From NCBI GenBank assembly GCA_028282585.1, contig JANQHR010000028.1, positions 1 to 64,000 on the forward strand: DNA of 64,000 nucleotides, in the 5' to 3' direction. The DNA is from Bacteroidales bacterium (GTDB lineage Bacteria; Bacteroidota; Bacteroidia; Bacteroidales; UBA12077). Shown here in pieces: positions 38,876 through 47,764 of the stretch; the first letter of the stretch is position 1, and each line of letters starts with the position of its first letter. The notes under the pieces were generated by a model. The model was given only the letters and a program-made list of their open reading frames with translations, ran no database searches and was not told the origin of the DNA. The translations under genes were made by a program, and so were the position numbers.

Positions 38876-38915
38876 TGTAACATAATGTTACATTAAAGTG
38901 TAACAATACATTACA
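38876..38915. promoter_or_regulatory. Tandem bEBP enhancer sites (TGT-N11-ACA)
   Basis: TGTAACATAATGTTACA (38876-38892) and TGTAACAATACATTACA (38899-38915). Confidence 0.7.
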
Positions 38916-38918
38916 TTT

Positions 38919-40277
38919 ATGGTAGAAAATAAACTATTGATAATTGATGATGATCAACAATTACTTGATACACTTTCATTAGTACTAAAATATGAGTTTG
39001 AAAAAATCAATACTATTAAAAATCCAAATCTGGTTCCGGAAATAATTAAAAAAGAACGATTTGATGTTGTTTTATTAGATATGAATTTTTCGGCTGGTAA
39101 AACAACTGGAAATGAAGGGTTATTTTGGTTAAGAAAGATTAAAGAATTTGATCCCGAAGCTACGGTTGTTATGATTTCTGCTTATGCAACCATTGATTTA
39201 GCAATAGAAATAATGAAAGAAGGTGCTGTGGATTTCATTTTGAAACCCTGGGAAAATCAAAAGTTAATTGCCACCCTTAAGTCTGCATGTAAGCTAAGTA
39301 AAACTAGGGATGAATTAGCGAAAAGTGAAGCTCTAAATACCTCAATTAATAATGACCTGGAAAGCGAACTCTCTTTAATGGACAGCAGTTCTCCGAAAAT
39401 GCAAAAAGTACTTGATACAATTAAAATTGTTGCGCCAACAGAAGCGAATGTATTAATATTAGGAGAAAACGGAACCGGAAAAGAAGTCATTGCACGAGAA
39501 ATCCATCGTAACTCATTGCGCAAAAACAAATATTTAGTGCAAGTTGATCTTGGTTCAATATCCGAAAGTTTATTTGAAAGTGAATTGTTCGGACACGTAA
39601 AAGGAGCTTTTACAGGTGCAATAGCAAATAAATTAGGCAGGTTTGAAATTGCCAGTGAAAGTACATTATTTTTAGATGAAATAGGAAACATTTCCATTAC
39701 GCATCAAGGTAAGCTATTATCGGCAATACAAAATAAAGAATTTTACCCGGTAGGAAGTGAAAGAATTGTAGAATCTAATGTGCGTATAATCTGTGCAACA
39801 AATAAAAACCTGGAGTTATTGGTTGAAGAAAATAATTTTCGTGAAGATTTACTTTATAGAATAAATACAATTCAATTAGAAATACCACCATTAAGAGATC
39901 GAAAAGAAGATATTAGAAAACTTGCAGAATTTTTCCTTAATCGATTCAACGATAAATACAACAAACATTGCCGGCTGCAGAAAAGTACAATCAAATATAT
40001 TGAATCTTATGATTGGCCGGGAAATATCAGAGAATTAAAACATACAATTGAAAGAGCTGTGATTCTGGCAAACAAAGATCAACTTATAATAGATCAGATT
40101 GGTTCTGTAAAGCATGGAACTGAGATGAAAGCTGAACGTAAAACCTGGAATGAAATCGAGAAATTTTATTTAAGGAAAACTTTTAATAAATATCATGGAA
40201 ATATATCTGAAATTGCACGTGAATTAAATCTTTCGCGTCCATCCATATATCGTAAAATCAAAAAACATGGTTTATAA
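38919..40277 (+). CDS. NtrC-family sigma54-dependent response regulator
   Basis: Receiver LLDMNF, GENGTGKE, GAFTGA, WPGNIREL, Fis-type HTH. Confidence 0.95.
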   Translation: MVENKLLIIDDDQQLLDTLSLVLKYEFEKINTIKNPNLVPEIIKKERFDVVLLDMNFSAGKTTGNEGLFWLRKIKEFDPEATVVMISAYATIDLAIEIMKEGAVDFILKPWENQKLIATLKSACKLSKTRDELAKSEALNTSINNDLESELSLMDSSSPKMQKVLDTIKIVAPTEANVLILGENGTGKEVIAREIHRNSLRKNKYLVQVDLGSISESLFESELFGHVKGAFTGAIANKLGRFEIASESTLFLDEIGNISITHQGKLLSAIQNKEFYPVGSERIVESNVRIICATNKNLELLVEENNFREDLLYRINTIQLEIPPLRDRKEDIRKLAEFFLNRFNDKYNKHCRLQKSTIKYIESYDWPGNIRELKHTIERAVILANKDQLIIDQIGSVKHGTEMKAERKTWNEIEKFYLRKTFNKYHGNISEIARELNLSRPSIYRKIKKHGL

Positions 40278-41601
40278 AAATTTCTACATAGGAATCCTGA
40301 TTATCGCAGTTTCAATTATTGGAACAGCTTACGCAATTAGTTGGATTGGTTTTAATGAGGAATATATTCATACTTTAATATTTTTACATATATTATTTGG
40401 CCTGGAGTTTGTATGGCTCATCACTTTTGTAAATAAAACCAATAGAATGCTGGATAGGTTTTTCTCTTCGATTAAAGAAGATGGCACATCTATTAAATTT
40501 GAGAGCACTATGGAAGAAAGCACCTTTAAATTACTTTCAAAAAGATTAAACAATGTTGTTGAAACCATTCAAAAAACGAGGATTGAAAAAGAAAATGAAC
40601 ATTACTTCTTAAAATATTTGGTTGAGCATATTAATACCGGAATAATTTCTATACTTAATAATGAAAGAATAGATTTATTAAATAAGACGGGAGTAAATAT
40701 TTTAGGCACTCATGAGTTATATAAAATTACAGACTTGAAAAAATTCGGCAAACAATTCTATAACAACATTATACGAATCCGAGCTGGAGAATATTTTCTA
40801 ACCAAAATCATAATTCAAAACGAAATTAAAGACATATCATTACGAGCATCTGAATTTAAGCTTTTTAAAAATCAAGTGAAATTAATATCATTTCATGATG
40901 TCCACCAAGAGATAGAACAAAAAGAAATAGATGCATGGCAAAAAATTATAAGAATACTTGCGCACGAAATTTCAAGTTCTGTCTCGCCAATTCGTTCGTT
41001 AAGCGATCATTTAATTACATTAATTAATAAAGATGATCCAAAATATTTAAATGATGTTAAAGATGGTGTAAATATTATTCATCAAAGAAGTGACGGGTTA
41101 ATGAACTTTGTTTCGAAATACCGACAAGTAACAGATATTCCAGAACCTATATTAAAACCAATATCATTAAATGAAATTATTAGTGATTTAGAGCTTATAT
41201 CCAGCGCAGAATTTAATTTAAAATCGTCGTTAAAAATCCATAGACCCGAAGAAGAAATCTTAATTAATGCCGATAAGAATTTAATTATGCAAGCTGCTTT
41301 AAATATTATAAGAAATGCATCAGAAGCCGTTAAATCAATTTCCAATCCGATGATTAAAATTACAGGAAATGTGAATTACAATAAGGCCGTTCTGGAAATT
41401 ACTGATAACGGTATAGGAATTGACTTCGAAGATCTTGAAAATGTCTTTATACCTTTTTTCAGCACAAAAGAAAATGGTTCGGGTATTGGTTTAGCAATTG
41501 CAAAGCAGTTAATTAATAAACAGGGAGGCCGAATTGATATTCAATCAAAACCGGATAAAGGTACATCCGTTAAAATTTATTTCGAATACTATAAAAATTA
41601 A
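40267..41601 (+). CDS. Sensor histidine kinase (2 TM, PAS-like, HATPase)
   Basis: LAHEI, NIIRNA, DNGIG, PFFSTK and GSGIGL motifs. Confidence 0.92.
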   Translation: MVYKNFYIGILIIAVSIIGTAYAISWIGFNEEYIHTLIFLHILFGLEFVWLITFVNKTNRMLDRFFSSIKEDGTSIKFESTMEESTFKLLSKRLNNVVETIQKTRIEKENEHYFLKYLVEHINTGIISILNNERIDLLNKTGVNILGTHELYKITDLKKFGKQFYNNIIRIRAGEYFLTKIIIQNEIKDISLRASEFKLFKNQVKLISFHDVHQEIEQKEIDAWQKIIRILAHEISSSVSPIRSLSDHLITLINKDDPKYLNDVKDGVNIIHQRSDGLMNFVSKYRQVTDIPEPILKPISLNEIISDLELISSAEFNLKSSLKIHRPEEEILINADKNLIMQAALNIIRNASEAVKSISNPMIKITGNVNYNKAVLEITDNGIGIDFEDLENVFIPFFSTKENGSGIGLAIAKQLINKQGGRIDIQSKPDKGTSVKIYFEYYKN

Positions 41602-41655
41602 TATTTCTTTCACTTTAATGTTGTAATTATAGTATAATTTTGAGTCAAAAATCAC

Positions 41656-41994
41656 ATGCGTATTAAAACCGTATATTTCATTTTGTTTATAATAGGTAGT
41701 ATTGTTCCTTATTATTTCTTTCTTCCATTTATTATAAAACATGGTTTAGATTTCAAATTATTAATTTCTGAATTATCTGCTAATAATATTAGCCTGTTCT
41801 TTGGTTTCGATGTAATAATATCCGCTCTGGCCCTGATCATTTATATATTATATGATCAAAACAAAATTAAAGTCCGGTTTTATGGATTAGCTATTATAGC
41901 AACGCTTACTATTGGTGTTTCTAGTGGATTACCTTTGTATTTGTTACTGAAAGAGAGAACAAAAGATTTCCTGAGAAAGCTTAATGGTAATTAA
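41656..41994 (+). CDS. Small membrane protein (DUF2834-like)
   Basis: Three TM segments, GVSSGLPLYLLLKE motif. Confidence 0.7.
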   Translation: MRIKTVYFILFIIGSIVPYYFFLPFIIKHGLDFKLLISELSANNISLFFGFDVIISALALIIYILYDQNKIKVRFYGLAIIATLTIGVSSGLPLYLLLKERTKDFLRKLNGN

Positions 41995-42060
41995 TACCTC
42001 TAATTTTAATATTTCTAATAAAAAAATTGGTATTTTAGAAGTGACTAAAAATGTATTATT

Positions 42061-43392
42061 ATGAGCGATTTTCTTTTACTTCTATTGGTGATGATACTTG
42101 GAGTATTACCACTTTCTATTCTTGTTTACTGGTATAAATACCGGGGAACAATAATATACAAAACAGCAATTGCAATTCTTTCCACCAATTTATTGGTAAC
42201 ATTTGCCGGGTTCGTTGTAGGTGAATATGGCATTAAGTTCATATTTTTCTATATTCCGTTTGGCTATTTGACATTGCTATTGGGGAACATGATTTTCAAG
42301 AAATATGTACAAAGGCCATTAAGGGGATCAATTGAAGTATTAAAAAAGATTTCGGAAGGTGATTTAAATGTAAAGATTAATGAAGAGCTCATAAATATTA
42401 ATGATGAAACCGGACAAATGAATAAGGTTTTGGATAAAATGGTTCATAATTTAAATGACACTGCAGAATTTGCCCGTCAGGTAGGAGAAGGGAATTTAGA
42501 TCATGAAATTCAATTGTTAGGAGATTCTGATCATTTAAGAAGTGCTCTTCTGGAAATGAGGGAAAAGCTTAAGGAAGCCGCAGAATTGCAAGAAGAAAAA
42601 CGTATTGATGAAGAAAAAAGATCTTGGGCAAATCAGGGATTAGCTAAACTAAATGAGATTTTAAGAAAGCAAGAGGATGCTAATGAATTATCGTACCAGA
42701 TTTTAAGCTTTCTAATCAATTACATGGATGCTAACCAGGGAGGTATATTTATCCGCACAGCAGAAGACCCGAAAAATATTTTACTTGAACTTAAATCATT
42801 TTATGCGTTTGACAGGCGTAAATTTATCAAGAAGACATTTGAATGGGGAGAAGGTTTGGTAGGAAACTGTGCATTAGAAAAACAAACAATTCATTTAACC
42901 GAAATTCCCGATAACTATATTGAAATTACAAGCGGATTAGGTGGAGCTAATCCGCATAGTCTTCTACTAGTGCCAATGAAAATGGAAGAGGAAGTGCTCG
43001 GTATTGTAGAAATTGCTTCTTTTAACGAGTTTGAAAAATATCAGATAGAATTTTTAGAGCAAGCATCTTTAAGTATAGCAAGCTCTTTAAATATGGCTGA
43101 AACAAACCAACGTACCTCAGAATTACTTAAAAAAACTCAGCAACAAGCTGAAGAAGTGGCTGCCCAAGAAGAAGAAATGCGTCAAAATATGGAGGAATTA
43201 CAAGCTACGCAAGAAGAATCTACAAGGCGAAATGAAGAAGTTGAGAGGCTATTGGAACAATCGCAACAACAAGCAGAAATAATTGAATCTAAAATTACTG
43301 AATATGAAGAACGCGAAGTTACGTGGCAGGTTAAATTAGATTCTGCAAATAAAAAGATAAAAGAACTCGAAGAAAAATTAAAAAAGAAATAA
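42061..43392 (+). CDS. Membrane HAMP-GAF coiled-coil signalling protein
   Basis: Three N-terminal TMs, two HAMP-like segments, GEGLVG GAF motif, AQEEEMRQNMEELQATQEE. Confidence 0.82.
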   Translation: MSDFLLLLLVMILGVLPLSILVYWYKYRGTIIYKTAIAILSTNLLVTFAGFVVGEYGIKFIFFYIPFGYLTLLLGNMIFKKYVQRPLRGSIEVLKKISEGDLNVKINEELININDETGQMNKVLDKMVHNLNDTAEFARQVGEGNLDHEIQLLGDSDHLRSALLEMREKLKEAAELQEEKRIDEEKRSWANQGLAKLNEILRKQEDANELSYQILSFLINYMDANQGGIFIRTAEDPKNILLELKSFYAFDRRKFIKKTFEWGEGLVGNCALEKQTIHLTEIPDNYIEITSGLGGANPHSLLLVPMKMEEEVLGIVEIASFNEFEKYQIEFLEQASLSIASSLNMAETNQRTSELLKKTQQQAEEVAAQEEEMRQNMEELQATQEESTRRNEEVERLLEQSQQQAEIIESKITEYEEREVTWQVKLDSANKKIKELEEKLKKK

Positions 43393-43419
43393 AACTATCT
43401 GAATTATATAAGTTTTAAA

Positions 43420-43530
43420 GAAGCTGTCCAAAAAGTAGAAATGTTGTTCATATTTCGACAAGCTCAATATGACAACTTTCTGATAATCTGACTGTCACAC
43501 TGTCTCGATAACCATCGGGAGTCAAAGTAT
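43420..43530. repeat. REP doublet, copy 2, preceded by the GAAGCTGTCCAAAAAGT arm
   Basis: CATATTTCGACAAGCTCAATATGACA and TGTCACACTG[TCTCGATAACCATCGGGA]GTCAAAGT. Confidence 0.75.
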
Positions 43531-43542
43531 AGACATGAAATA

Positions 43543-43582
43543 AGAGGCTTCTTTTGCTTTACAACATAGAAGCTTCTTTTTT
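43543..43582 (+). terminator. Probable terminator after the GAF gene
   Basis: AGAGGCTTCT...AGAAGCTTCT followed by a T tract. Confidence 0.55.
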
Positions 43583-43596
43583 ATGTAAACCAAAAG

Positions 43597-44622
43597 ATGA
43601 AAATAAAAATCATATTAAATCTGGTCATTATCTTCATATCTTCTCTATCATTTCCGGTTGGTGCCCAAAATGAATTAGAAGTAACAGAATTATCTTATAA
43701 ACTTTATGCTATAATAAATCCTCAAGGAGGAAATATTGCATTTCTGGTTACTCGTAAAGGTGTTGTAGTTGTTGATGCCGGATCAACGCCGCAAAATGGA
43801 AGAGATATTGTCGAAGCAATTAGGTCGGTCACTAAAAAACCAATAAAGTACTTAATTCTTACCCATCTGCATGGGGATCACGTAAATGGAGTTGCGGGGT
43901 TTCCTGAAGGCATAACTATCATTGCTCATAAGGACCTGGAAGAAAATAATATAAAATTCAATAAAGAGAATTTAGAAAACTACATGGAAAATGTTCTTCC
44001 TGAACACCTCACTAATCTGCGTAAGCAGCTTGATTCTATAAGTGATAAAGAAAGTGAAGCGTATTTAGAATTAATGCAAACCTATAATTCGCATGTAGAC
44101 TATTTTGAAAATATTAAACAAATTGAATTTAGAAAACCGGACATTACTTTTGAAGATTATTATAGGTTTAAAATTACTGATCAGCGCATAATGCTTGAAT
44201 ATCCGGGACCTGGACATACCAACGATAATATCGTTGTTAAATTTTCCAATCATAATGTAATTCATACTGGTGATTTAGTTTTTAATGGTTCGTTTCCTTA
44301 CACAATTGTTGAACATGGAGTGGATATATACAACTGGATAAGAATATTAGATGATCTTTATAAGGAAAATATTACAACTGTTGTTCCCGGCCATGGTGAA
44401 ACTGGTAGAAAAATTGCATTAAAAGATCAATCTGATTATTTTAAAGATCTATCTCACCAGATTGAAGCACTTAAAAATGCAGGTTATGATTTGGGAGAAA
44501 TAAAAAGGAAAATAAAACATTCTGATTTTAGATTAAAAGGAAATGAAAATCAGCTTTCAGTGAATATTGAGGTAATTTATTCGGAGCTTACAAGTAAAGG
44601 AAGAGAATGGTGGAAATTTTAG
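43597..44622 (+). CDS. Secreted MBL-fold metallo-hydrolase
   Basis: Signal peptide; THLHGDH, GHT, TGDL and VPGHG motifs. Confidence 0.88.
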   Translation: MKIKIILNLVIIFISSLSFPVGAQNELEVTELSYKLYAIINPQGGNIAFLVTRKGVVVVDAGSTPQNGRDIVEAIRSVTKKPIKYLILTHLHGDHVNGVAGFPEGITIIAHKDLEENNIKFNKENLENYMENVLPEHLTNLRKQLDSISDKESEAYLELMQTYNSHVDYFENIKQIEFRKPDITFEDYYRFKITDQRIMLEYPGPGHTNDNIVVKFSNHNVIHTGDLVFNGSFPYTIVEHGVDIYNWIRILDDLYKENITTVVPGHGETGRKIALKDQSDYFKDLSHQIEALKNAGYDLGEIKRKIKHSDFRLKGNENQLSVNIEVIYSELTSKGREWWKF

Positions 44623-44624
44623 AC

Positions 44625-44664
44625 AAAAAAAGAAGAAGCTATTCTAATTAGAATAACTTCTTCT
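44625..44664. terminator. Terminator between the convergent MBL and TBDR genes
   Basis: AGAAGAAGCTATTCT / AGAATAACTTCTTCT with a flanking A7 tract. Confidence 0.7.
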
Positions 44665-44688
44665 ATACATTCTTGTAATATAACTAAC

Positions 44689-47064
44689 CTATAACATGTT
44701 TCCTATTTTAAATCCAAAATATACAGTTCTTGGCAACGATGGTCCGTATAAATATCCCGGATCTCTGTTTATTGTTACATCAAAATCGTCTTGGTAAGAA
44801 TTAAAAATATTCTTCATACCAGCAAATACTTGCATGCTTGCCCCATTTAATTTAAACTGGTAACTTAGCTTAGCTCCAAGGTCATAAAATGGATCAGATT
44901 CTCTTAACTCTCCAATTGGTTCGCCTTCACTATCTACTGGGCTTTCTGTTCCAAAATAAGGAACTAACATACTTCCCGTATACGTTCCTGATACTAATAA
45001 GCTAAATTCTTTATAGAAATCCCAATCAATTGTAAGATAACCATAATTGTTAGGTGTTCTGAAGAAATCTTTCTCATCAAATTCCTGAGCTTCTTCATAT
45101 GCACTCTGTTGAATTGTAAATCCACTGCTAAAAGCAAAATCTCCTTCAGGAACAATATTAAGTTCCATGTTAACACCGCTTACCGTAGCACCTCCTTCGG
45201 CATTAACACGCGTATATGTTACAACTCCATCTACCGGATCTCCATATTCATTGGCAAAGGCGTCAACTAAATCAGTGTAGAAACCTTCAACTAAGAAACC
45301 TGTGTAAACCTTACCCAATTGTTTATTGAAATCAAATGATAACATATAACTGTGACTGGTTTCTTGTTTTAAGTTTGGATCATTATCATGCAATACCCGT
45401 CTTGAACCCGAAGTTTCAATATGCAGATCCTCGTCAAATATTTGCGGAGCGCGATAACCTTGTGAATAACTTGCACGTGCCTGAATTATATCTAAAATAT
45501 CATATTTTAAAGTAAACCTGGGACTTAAAACATCTCCAGTTACACTATGCCCATCTACTTCATCTTCAATTTCATAATGATCATACCTAACACCTGCAGA
45601 AACACTTAAATCATTAAACTTATGTTCGTATTGTGCAAATCCACCATAAATATTTGAAACCTGATCGGCTACCAAAGTATTTTCTGTATGAGTAGTTACT
45701 ATTTCACCACTCACAATCTCATTTACAGGATATCCAAGTTTCTTGTCATTTAAAGTTTCGCCTCTATATTCAAATCCTCCTGTTAAATTTGAGTTCTTAA
45801 AATACGCTGTATACTGGGCTCCAATATTATAAGTTAATCCTTCTGTCTTTCCATAGTCTTGCAATGATTGTTCAGCTCCATAATATGAATCACGGTCAAC
45901 TTTTTGAGCGGAGATAAACATCGAAAGTTTATCACGTTCTCTGAAAAATTGATCGAACGTTACGGCTCCGGTCGTAATATTATGATCAAGAGCTTCAGCA
46001 ATATCAGCTTGGTGTTTTGGTAAATCAAAATCATTTCCACCTCTTCTGTCTTCTTTTATATTAAAGAAATCAATAGCTATTTTGTTTCGATGCGTAAAAC
46101 GGTGAAATACTCTTGTTCCTACCGTTTGATTGTTTAATTGAGTAATCTCGGAGAACCCATCATCATTTGCGTCAAAAAACTCATGATCTCTGTAGTAACC
46201 ATATAAAGCCATACCAGTTCTGCTATCTGAAGATACCAGGGAAGTATTAAAATTTAAATTATAATCAAAAGCAGGATCTCCACTGCCATCAACACCTAAT
46301 CCCATAAAACCGGAAGAAGCTCCTACTTCATAAGAATTGTTTATAGGGTCCTTTAAAATTAGATTAATTGTTCCTGCAATAGCATTACTTCCATAAAGTG
46401 CAGAACCACCACCTCTAATAATTTCCATTCTTTCAATCATATTAGATGGTATAAGTTCTAAACCATAAACTCCCGCTAAACCACTAAAAATAGGTCGGCT
46501 GTTAATTAAAATTTGAGAATAAGGACCTTCCATACCATTCATTCTTACCTGAGAGAAGCCACAATTCTGGCAATTGTTTTCCATCCTTAAACCAGGAGAA
46601 AAATTTAAACCGTCGCTAATTGTAGCAGTTTGTGCTACTTCAAAAAGACGCGGAGTTAGTGTGTTTACAATTACAGATGCTTCCGTTCTGTTTTTTTCAT
46701 TTCTATCGGCTGTAACCACAACTTCTTCTAATCCTAAAACATCATTTTCTAAATGAATTTTCAATTCGATTGTATTTTTCTCTTTTAATTCTACTTCCTG
46801 GCTAAATGGTTTATACCCTATAGCTGATGCCACTAGAGTAAAATTACCAACTGGCATATGAATAAGGTTAAAATGGCCTGTTTCATCTGTCGCTGTTCCA
46901 ATGGTTGTTCCTTTAAGCACCACAGTAGCGAATGGTAAATGTTTTCCTTCAGAATCGACAACATGCCCAACAATATTTGCATCCGTTCTATTTCTTTGTG
47001 CCGAAGCATTTATTGATAAAAAAAGAATTAAAATTAGTTGTGATATATATATAGTTTTTTTCAT
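44689..47064 (-). CDS. TonB-dependent receptor, probably for a transition metal
   Basis: N-terminal carboxypeptidase-regulatory-like domain, LEEVVVTA, plug with CQNC, IERMEIIRGGGSALYGS, FDEDLH. Confidence 0.9.
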   Translation of the reverse strand: MKKTIYISQLILILFLSINASAQRNRTDANIVGHVVDSEGKHLPFATVVLKGTTIGTATDETGHFNLIHMPVGNFTLVASAIGYKPFSQEVELKEKNTIELKIHLENDVLGLEEVVVTADRNEKNRTEASVIVNTLTPRLFEVAQTATISDGLNFSPGLRMENNCQNCGFSQVRMNGMEGPYSQILINSRPIFSGLAGVYGLELIPSNMIERMEIIRGGGSALYGSNAIAGTINLILKDPINNSYEVGASSGFMGLGVDGSGDPAFDYNLNFNTSLVSSDSRTGMALYGYYRDHEFFDANDDGFSEITQLNNQTVGTRVFHRFTHRNKIAIDFFNIKEDRRGGNDFDLPKHQADIAEALDHNITTGAVTFDQFFRERDKLSMFISAQKVDRDSYYGAEQSLQDYGKTEGLTYNIGAQYTAYFKNSNLTGGFEYRGETLNDKKLGYPVNEIVSGEIVTTHTENTLVADQVSNIYGGFAQYEHKFNDLSVSAGVRYDHYEIEDEVDGHSVTGDVLSPRFTLKYDILDIIQARASYSQGYRAPQIFDEDLHIETSGSRRVLHDNDPNLKQETSHSYMLSFDFNKQLGKVYTGFLVEGFYTDLVDAFANEYGDPVDGVVTYTRVNAEGGATVSGVNMELNIVPEGDFAFSSGFTIQQSAYEEAQEFDEKDFFRTPNNYGYLTIDWDFYKEFSLLVSGTYTGSMLVPYFGTESPVDSEGEPIGELRESDPFYDLGAKLSYQFKLNGASMQVFAGMKNIFNSYQDDFDVTINRDPGYLYGPSLPRTVYFGFKIGNML

Positions 47065-47210
47065 CGTATTTTTTTTACAGTTAACTAGATTAACCTTTGA
47101 TTAATGCAAAATATACTTTCGCATATAAAATATTTTATTTTGAAATTAAGTGCCTGAATTATTATTTAATCCTAAACAATTAAATAATTGAATAAATAAT
47201 TAAACTTGAA

Positions 47211-47588
47211 CTAAACTTGTAATGATTGTGACGGCGGTCCACGAGTTTTACGTAAACCCAGGTTAATTGAATTAGAAAAGATACATGGCTTACTTAACAA
47301 TTCTAATTCAACATCTGCATTGAAGCGAAGATTTATAAAATTCTCAAAAGTTGTATATTGCTCAAATGAACTTAAGTAATCTAAGTCTATTCTATTGTGT
47401 CTATGCTTTGCAAGCGGATCATCTTTTTCCGCTCCTTTATCAAAAGGGTGTGCGTGAAAAATTATTTTTTCTGATTCAGTTTTGTGAGCATGAAGAAAGA
47501 ATGTGGAATTAACAATAATTCCTCCCATTATTAATAGGAATAATGAAGTAATAATTCCCTTTCTAATATGCTTATCTCTTCCTTTCAT
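47211..47588 (-). CDS. HxH-rich leader protein ending in an RGPP arrest-like motif
   Basis: TM helix; HAH, HAHP and HRH motifs; RGPP at residues 116-119; upstream of the TBDR. Confidence 0.78.
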   Translation of the reverse strand: MKGRDKHIRKGIITSLFLLIMGGIIVNSTFFLHAHKTESEKIIFHAHPFDKGAEKDDPLAKHRHNRIDLDYLSSFEQYTTFENFINLRFNADVELELLSKPCIFSNSINLGLRKTRGPPSQSLQV

Positions 47589-47596
47589 TCTGTTGT

Positions 47597-47604
47597 CAAA
47601 AGTA
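47597..47604 (-). promoter_or_regulatory. -7 promoter element implying a near-leaderless mRNA
   Basis: Minus strand TACTTTTG-acaacaga-ATG. Confidence 0.6.
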
Positions 47605-47764
47605 AATCAAGCCTTTTAAACCCGCAATACCATATGTTAGGTATTTTGATATTTTAATAACACTGTTAATTTTATAACATGAAGAAACCATAATTACCTA
47701 CTAAGACTTTCCATGTTAGCATACGTTTAATCGAAAAATAGTTCTATGTTTTAAAACACAAAAT

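Noticed and set aside
39257-39697. 146 aa antisense ORF and similar short ORFs inside long genes
   Set aside because: Fully nested opposite well-supported genes, with no motifs or independent signals
47065-47210. Cobalamin riboswitch upstream of the TBDR
   Set aside because: Very AT-rich and lacks the GGGAA and GCCACTG elements
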